Below are positions 53,459 through 64,000 of a stretch of 64,000 bases of DNA, one piece after another. This DNA comes from the human T2T-CHM13v2.0 reference genome, Homo sapiens. The stretch is from assembly GCF_009914755.1 (NCBI RefSeq), contig NC_060925.1; one strand, given 5' to 3'. Positions within the stretch are counted from its first letter, which is position 1; the number at the start of each line of letters is the position of its first letter. The notes under the pieces were generated by a model. The model ran no database searches, was not told the origin of the DNA, and worked only from the letters and a program-made list of their open reading frames with translations. A program made the translations under genes and the position numbers.

Positions 53459-54237
53459 TCTCTGTAAATTTACTGTACATAAATTTTTAAATAATTTTTA
53501 AAAATCTCTATATTATATATTTTGAAATATTTCACATTGTTTTAATAATAAAAAGACTGCAAACAAAATCCTTGAGAATAAACCTAAGACAGAATGGGAC
53601 TAGACGGTGGTCCTCTAACTCAGCACAGACCCTCCCCCAGGGTCTGTGAATAGTTCCCTGTCCCTCCTGGCCCACCTCTAGTAATTTGACGGCAGGGGTC
53701 AGGAGGACACTCTCAGATGCTGGCCCAGGGAACTGCTGGGTATCCTTCCCCTTGGTGGCTGATGGATGGAAACAGGTGCATCCACATGAGATAAGGCGGC
53801 TGGCAGGAGGGCTGTGCAGGGCTTCCTCCTCCTCAGGGCAGGTCTGCGAGGGCCTCTGCCCTCTCTTCCCTCCTAGTGCCATCTCCCAGGCTCCCCATGT
53901 CTCCCAACTCCTACCCTGTGAAAGGCTGCACCACTGCCCGGTGTGAGTGACCACTAGTGCCTCTCTAGGGCCAAGGGAGACTCCAGGCTGGGGTGCAAAG
54001 CAAGGTCCCAAGGAGCTGGAGCTGGTAGAAGAAGGCACTGAGAGTATTTAACATATTTCTGTATCTCCCAAGGGTTGGGAGGGATGGTCTAGTAAGTAAA
54101 CCCCAACATCCTTTAAACTTCTCAGATTTTACCTTTTATCATACTGAGCTAGTATGATTCCAAAATTCAAAATTTGGGATTTATATGCAACAGGGATTCT
54201 ATAATTCCATGAATCTCTCATTCTAAGATGATATGAT

Positions 54238-54552
54238 TTTATTTATTTATTTTATTTTTATTTTTTTTTGGAGACAGAGTCTTGCTCTGTTACCCAGGCT
54301 GGAGTGGGATGGCACCATCTCGGCTCACTGCAACCTCCACCTCCTGGATTCAAGCAATAACTCATGCCTCAGCCTTCCGAGTAGTTGGGATTACAGGCGT
54401 GCGCAACCACACCTGGCTAATTTTTGTATTTTAGTAGAGACAGGGTTTCAACATGTTGCCCAGGCTGGTCTTGAATTCCTGAGCTCAGGCAATCCACCCA
54501 CCTCGGCCTGCCAAAGTGCTGGGATTACAGGCAAGAGCCACCGCACCCAGCT
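54238..54552 (-). mobile_element. Alu (J/old S)
   Basis: Dimer; degenerate TSD tctaagatgatatgatttta / tctaaggtaatacaatttta. Confidence 0.9.
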
Positions 54553-55642
54553 CTAAGGTAATACAATTTTATAAAGCTAAGCACTTCAATTACTGCTTCT
54601 AAGATTCCATGATCCCACAAATCTGTCATGAGGAGATTCTGAAGTTATAAAATTCCATGATTCTCTGATCCCAAGGCTGCCATTTCCTGATATGTCCTAG
54701 AGCCCCATATAAGCCCCTGCCCGGCCTAAATTTTCAGGGAGCGACAGCGATGGTGACCAACACTCAAAACAGCCAGGACAGTAATGGGATGACAAGAAAT
54801 GCAGAGGAAATGGCTGTTGAAATCGCTAAGAAAATGTATCAAAGATAAACATATTCCATCTGCGTTTTCAGTACATACAGGGCCATAGATGCTTATGTCA
54901 GGTATATATTTATTACTTCATGCTTGGCATTTTTTAACCTTCTCCTTTAAATCAAGCTAATTAGGTAACTCCTGTGCCCACACTGGTTTTTTCCCCCTCA
55001 CTGATAAAATGCCTTCAAATGGCTCAAAAATATACAAAGTGTAAGAAGGACTCCATGACAGCAACAGGGTTGGGTGGGGGATGCCCAGCTCTGGACAGGA
55101 GAGGGGTGTGTGGGAGACAGGGATGCCAACACCTGACAACCCCTCTCTCCACCTCCCTCCATCTTGGGTCTCCATGAGAAGGACTGGTAGCTCTGAGTGA
55201 GATAATGTCACTGTCCTGGGGGACAATGCAGACACCCTGGACACCTCAGCTCTCCAGGAACGGGCACAATCCGGAGATCCAGCCCGGAGCAGACAGGGGC
55301 AAGAGTTCCAAGTCCCTCCGAGGCTCGGGATTTCTGGATTCTGTGGAAAAGATTATTTGTTCCACCATGTGGCCAGAAATAGGGAAAGGGCTACTGGGGA
55401 AGTCACAGCTTTGGCTTCTGAAAAATCCCACCCCCAACCCCATCTCCACCCCAGACCTGAACCCACCCAGATCCCAGGCTCCCTCCTCCAGGAAGATTTC
55501 CCTGACCAGCCCCACCCCATGGGGCTTCATGCAATCCTCTCTGCCCTCCTCCAGAGGGCCTAGAGCCAGCCTAGGCCCTAGGCTGGAGTCAGCCTGCACG
55601 CTCAGCCCGCCAGGAACAACAGGCCCTCAGACATCACTGTGG

Positions 55643-56300
55643 CAGAGGTTCCAAGGTGGGGTTCCACCCCAGGGGACACACTGGAAATCATGGGGGTGGA
55701 TTTCTGGTGGCTGCCATGACTGGGAGTACTTGTCATTTAGTGGGGAGCAGCCAGGGATGGCCAAAACTCACCACCAAGAGTGGGTGGGTCAGTCTCACAC
55801 TAACTTTCTAATATCTTGCCAGATATTCAACTATCTGTAAACAAGCAACCTGATCATCTAAGCCTAGAACATAGCTCCATTTTACATTTAAATACAAGTA
55901 CTTTCTCATGGTTTTAAGAGACACTAAATTTTCCAGGAATGGAACTGCCATGTAAATTGAGGAAAGACTATGCTGTGTTTTGTTTGGGAGCTGACCAGGG
56001 ATTGTTCACCATCTCAGAAAATCACATCACCCTCGGCCACGCTACTCGTGACATCTGTGTGTTTGCAGCCATCAAGCTTAGCAATGCCGCACACGGGCAA
56101 TTGGCCGATGACTTCATCCCATCTTCCAGCACAGTCATGCCTGAGCGTGTGAATGTGGAAATACATTGTTTACAAGTTATTTCCCTTTTAGTTCTTCTTC
56201 AATATAAAACCTTATATGAAAAATTTTTAAAAGATGGTGCAGGCCGGCTATGTTATCGGTGCATTTCATTTCAGGAGAGCAAAGGAGGCAGTTCAAAGAA
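55643..56300 (+). mobile_element. MER20B-like hAT-Charlie DNA transposon
   Basis: ctaagcctagaacatagctccattttacat...aattttccaggaatg...ttgttcaccatctcagaaaatcacatcacc matches the recalled MER20B consensus. Confidence 0.72.
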
Positions 56301-59300
56301 GGCCCTGTTAAGAAAAGGAAGCGCTGCTGAGAACCTCAGCTCCCAGCCATCCTTCTTCAGGTAGGGAAAGCAAGGTCTCCCCCAAGGTCACAGAGTGAGT
56401 GGGGGTGAGCAGGACTGTGTCTTGATTTCTTGCATCCCAGGGACTATTTCTGGATTCAGTGACAGAGTCCTGAGCCCAGGGGGACCCACAAGAAGGCAAG
56501 CATATGGTTCCTTTGAAAGCTCCCCAGGGAAGGTGAGCAGGCAGTCCAGGCCCTGTGCTGGGGCACAAGGTGGGAGAGTGCAGGGCTGACTCCAGAAAGC
56601 CCAGAAAGGGCAGGCCTGGGGAAGGGACCTCGGCAGGGACAGTCTCCCCACTGGCCGATCAGCAGAGAGGGTTTGAGAACCTGAGACGGAGCTCACCTCC
56701 CCAACCCTTGCCCATCCCAAAACTTCCCCTTCTCCCGCTGTAAGTGATCAGCTGCCAGCTTGCAGAACAAATGCAGAAATGAATACACCAGGTGAGAACT
56801 GGGCTAGGCCTTGGATGCCACTCAAGCCTCTGCTGCCAGGAAAGACTGCTAGAAAGATGAGAGATAAGAAGCCCTTTCTCTAAGATGCAGGCCCCTAGGG
56901 TGGGTCACCAGGCCACAGTCCCAGATCTGGCCTTTACAACATTATTAGTTGAAACCCACTGGTTTCTCTCAAGAGACAGGAGGTGGAAACTAATGAACAT
57001 TTCCATGAAGCAGCACCTAGCAGTGTTTTCATCCAATTAGGAGCAGGCCTCTGTGAGGGGCAGGGAGGCTGCAGACTTGCCCCTGGCCCTGCCTGTAGCT
57101 GTGCACAGGGCTGCACCAGCCCACACAGGACCACATTGCCCTGACTTCTGAGGATGCAAAGGGGAGTTTCTAGGAAAGTCCAGGGGCTGATGAAGGGCAG
57201 CCCACTCACAGATACTGCTGCTGCTGCTGCCAACATTGCCAAGGAGAAAGCCTGTCCATGAGACCATACTTTACCTCCATCAGGAAGCAGCAGGTGCTCA
57301 TGCAAGTAGGGCTCCCTATTCAGGCCTGACCCTCTTTTTCACACTTGAGGTCAAGAATCCAGGGAAAGGACCCCCAGGCAGGAAGCAGAGCCCAGAGTTC
57401 TAGTCCTACCCTGGCTCTTAACTCACTTTCTGTCTTAGGCAGCAACCAGACCCTAGGCTTCAGTTCCCTTTTCTGTAAAACAAACACAGTAGACTGGAGA
57501 TGCCTCTAAATGTTCTGTCGTCTTCTAATCCCAGACAGCCACTGTGAATCCCCTGTCAAAAGGCTTCATGATCCAGAGGCGGGGCTGGTCTTGGACCAGA
57601 CCTCTGCCTCTCCCTCCTCTGGCCCCAGCATTTGGACTCTTCATGGTGGACAGGCCTGCCTGGTCTGGCCTGGTTGCCGCCTCCCAAGACCCTTTCTGGC
57701 ATGGGCCAAAGAGAACACCCATCCACCCACCCTGAGCTGGGCACTGGGGCCCAGAGATGAGGCAGATACTGCTGCTGCCCTCAGGAGCCCTCAGCCTGGT
57801 GACAACATGGACCAGAACTGCAATGCCCTAAGGATGAGGTGCACACCTGCCTTCCCTTATCCTTCTTTAGTGGGGCCGCTGTTTCTAGGAAGGCTTCCCT
57901 GACCCTGCCACAGGGTTGGCCATTCCCCACTACAGCCCTTACCATGGGATGTGAGTGTTGTGTCTGCACCTAAGGGCCAGAACACTGTGCTAAACATTTC
58001 ATCTAAGCCTCTCAACAGTCTTGCTAGATACATCAATCAGCCCATTTTACAGATGAGGAAACCAAGGCCAGGATGTTGAAATGACTTCTCCGGAATAACA
58101 CATCTAGAAGGAGACATACTTGGGGTTCATCCCCAGGGCTGGTGATTCCAGACTACAGTCCTCAGCCCAGGGCTCCAGTGATCACCCTATACTCAACCCG
58201 CCAGGCGGCCCACAGGCCAGGAGAAGCCATTCCTATGGGAACTGTACACACCTTGAGAAGCATCCCTCAGCCATTCCACTGTAAGGTGGCAGGACTAAAA
58301 CAGATCTAAAAGATAATCTTGTTTTACATAAGAGGGAGACTGAGGCCCAGTGAGCGTGAAGGGCTGTCCAAGGTGACACTGGGGCCAGTGGCCAAGTCAG
58401 GACCAGAACCCAGTCCTCCAGAGTTCCCATCAGGCAGTCATTGCAGAGCGCCTAGCTGCTGCCTCCTAAAGGTGGCCAGAGAGGATGATGCTCTCCTCTC
58501 CTTGGCATCCTGGGAGGTACGGGACATTTACAGGAACAACTTGGTTTATGAGTGTGTCTCAAAGGTTCTCTGGTTAGTTCTGCAAGGCTGAGATCAGCAT
58601 TAATCCTGCTGGAGAGATGAGGACACTGAGTTTGGGCAGTGATGACAGTCATACCAGGATTCGATGCAGAGTTGTCTGGGGCAAAGCTCTCCTAGGCTGC
58701 TGGGCTCTGTCCAGCACTTCACGTTTACACAGATGACCTCATTAGTCCTCACTGGTTAGGGCTGACCTGTACTTCTGACGCCAGCTCAGTGCCCCAGCAT
58801 CTTGTCTTCAGACCAGCGCTGACATCGCAGTGTACCACCTTGATGCTCCATCTGGTCAGAGGACAGGGTGAACAGAAAATGGGCGGGGGGGCCACCTGGG
58901 CTCAGGGCACAACTTCCCCAAAGCTTGCCTGCTTTTCTTCTCACTGCCAGTTTATGCCGGCAGAGCTGGGGCAGCTCACTGCCAAGCACAGGGACCCCGT
59001 CGGCGGCTTGGCCATGAATGAGTACAGTGTTTGGGACTAGTCAACAAGATGGATGTTGTTTCGTTTCGGCTCCACGCACCGTAAACATTCTGTGGCAGAC
59101 GCAGCTCCAGGTGGCTCACTGGCTCTCATCCGCAGCTGGGCCGGCCTGCAAAGGCCCATTAACATGGACATAAACAAGGAGGGCTGGGGGTGGAAGGCGG
59201 GAGACTGCAGGGCCTGTCCCACTTTCAGGGAGAAGAACACAAAAGAGCAGAAATCCCGGAGCCAGGCTGGAGGTGGAGGCAGCCGATGGAGGACGAACAG

Positions 59301-59524
59301 GACCCAGCCTGGTGCCTGTTCTAGCTCTAATGCTGATCCACTAAGCGACCTTCAGCAAGCCTCACACCGTATCCAGATCTCAGTTTCCTCATCTGAGAAA
59401 GAGAAATGGGCTCCACTGTCAGGCTACAATAAGGCCCATAGAAATGGTTTATCAAGAAGCTGACTGGGCCAGTAGCTGCATGAGGACAAGGACTCCATCT
59501 GATCCATTTTGGCCCTGGGGATAG

Positions 59525-59740
59525 GAACATAGGCTTTAGAGACAGCCAGCCTGGTCTGGAATCTGAACTTTGCCCCTCACCTGCCAGTGTGGTCTTGGCC
59601 AGGTAACCTAACCTCTCTGTGCCTCCATTCCCTTATCTGTCAAATGCAGATCATCATACTAGTTGCAGGGGTTTATTGTGAGGATCAAGTGAGATAATGC
59701 CCCATGGGACACTTAGCTCAGGGCCTGGCACACAGTCCAT
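59525..59740 (+). mobile_element. MIR
   Basis: ggctttagagacag...aacctctctgtgcctc...ttgtgaggatcaagtgagataatgc...gcctggcaca. Confidence 0.78.
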
Positions 59741-60246
59741 AAAGGGTCACTCTCATTCTGTATCCCCCCCAAGTCTCCCCCAGCCCAGCCAGGAGCAGGC
59801 CAGCCAAGGCCAGGGATGGCCAGGTCTTGTGGGGCTCTCCCTCCTGGTCTAAGAGGATCTTTGGATCCCACACCAAGTACTCAGCCTGCCTGGCGCCTAT
59901 GTGGGCCTCACAGCCCGGCCCCAGACACCAAGCCCCAGGCCCGTGTGGGAGGTGGGCCAATTTGATGAACATCTATTCTCCAAGTGCCAGTTGGCTAAAA
60001 ATCAATGTGTCAAATGACCAATTCGTCAAAAGCCAATTAGCCACAAATTACTTCGCCAAATGGCTACATTCCCAAAATTTCCAAATAAACAGTTACCCAA
60101 AACTTGTTTATTTTAACCATTTATAAAGATGACAACAATTTATGTTAGAAGAGATGGTTTTAGTTTTAGTAATACGTTTTCATTTTGTGTTCATAGCAGC
60201 ATTTAAAAAATATATTAAAATGGTCAAAATCAAGGATTATGGGTGA

Positions 60247-61390
<1,144 letters not shown>

Positions 61391-61659
61391 CTTTTTAAAA
61401 AAATTATTCTTTGCCATTTTCTGTTTTACCAATTCTTATCTTTTTTTAAAGCATTCTTTTGCTAATGTCTTAAGAAATGTATTAACCTCAGTTTGTTTCT
61501 AGTAATTAACACATGACTGTGATATGGTTACTTATGCTGCTTCTTAGTTTATTACTTTAGCCATTTTTTAGGACTTTTTATGATTTACAACCAACTTTCA
61601 AAATTCTTTCTTTACAATTTCATATTAATGGTTAATGTGTATCGAATCTGATATCTGCT

Positions 61660-63470
<1,811 letters not shown>

Positions 63471-64000
63471 GCAATCCTAGTCTGTTTGAATTTTTGTAAC
63501 TGGACACCCACTGAAGGGCTGATGACTGCTCTATCATGAAGGACTGCATTCTTCACAGCCAGTCCAAAGAGAAAACAAATGCAAGTCCAGCTTCTGGCCG
63601 CTCCAGGCCTGGATGACAAACCTGGCTTCATTAGTATTGACCTCCTTTTCTTGCTTCTGAGCAGGAAGGAGTCAGAAAAAATTCCCTGAGGAGATGACTC
63701 TTGAGTATGAGTATGAGGAGATGACCCTGAAAGAGTATTTGCCAGGAAGATGGGGCAAGAACATCAAAAGTGCAAGGCCAGCATCTGGCCAGAGGCATGC
63801 AACAGCTGGATTTATTTGGGGGCTTTGAGTATTGCGGATCTGGGACCAGGAAGCCCAGGAAGTAAGAAGTCAGGGGCTGGCACAGATGGGGCCTGAGTGA
63901 CACATCAGTAACCTTGGACTTCATCTTCTACTGTGATGAAGTCATAGATTCCATAGCTCGGCCTTGACACAACTAAATCCCAATAAGCAAACCATTTTCA

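Noticed and set aside
55205-56364. 211-aa and 141-aa + strand ORFs
   Set aside because: Overlap the MER20B-like fossil, show no transposase motifs and have low-information composition.

Overview
Primate (almost certainly human) genomic DNA from inside the GLIS1 gene, which is transcribed on the minus strand. The window holds two coding exons. A 178-bp exon (38641-38818) splices in frame to an 883-bp exon (32648-33530). The large exon carries the strong-Kozak MAEARTS start, C2H2 fingers 1-2 and the first Cys of finger 3. The rest is intron, rich in transposon fossils: a nested L1M / L1MC1 / THE1D stack, MLT1 and MST solo LTRs, about 17 Alus or Alu fragments, MIR, L2, MER58A, Tigger3a and MER20B. 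There is no prokaryotic-type system, RNA gene or CRISPR array. The best leads all concern GLIS1 isoform control: (1) a CpG-rich candidate alternative first exon (45430-~45520) whose ATG would splice in frame to the zinc-finger exon; (2) a GLI-type GSYGH (SUFU-binding-like) motif confined to the 178-bp exon; (3) a spliced 67-aa uORF plus a start-stop element ahead of the short-isoform ATG; (4) an Alu orientation switch that could favour circularisation of the 883-bp exon. These are sequence-based hypotheses, not demonstrated functions. Repeat subfamily names come from recalled consensus sequences and their boundaries are approximate.
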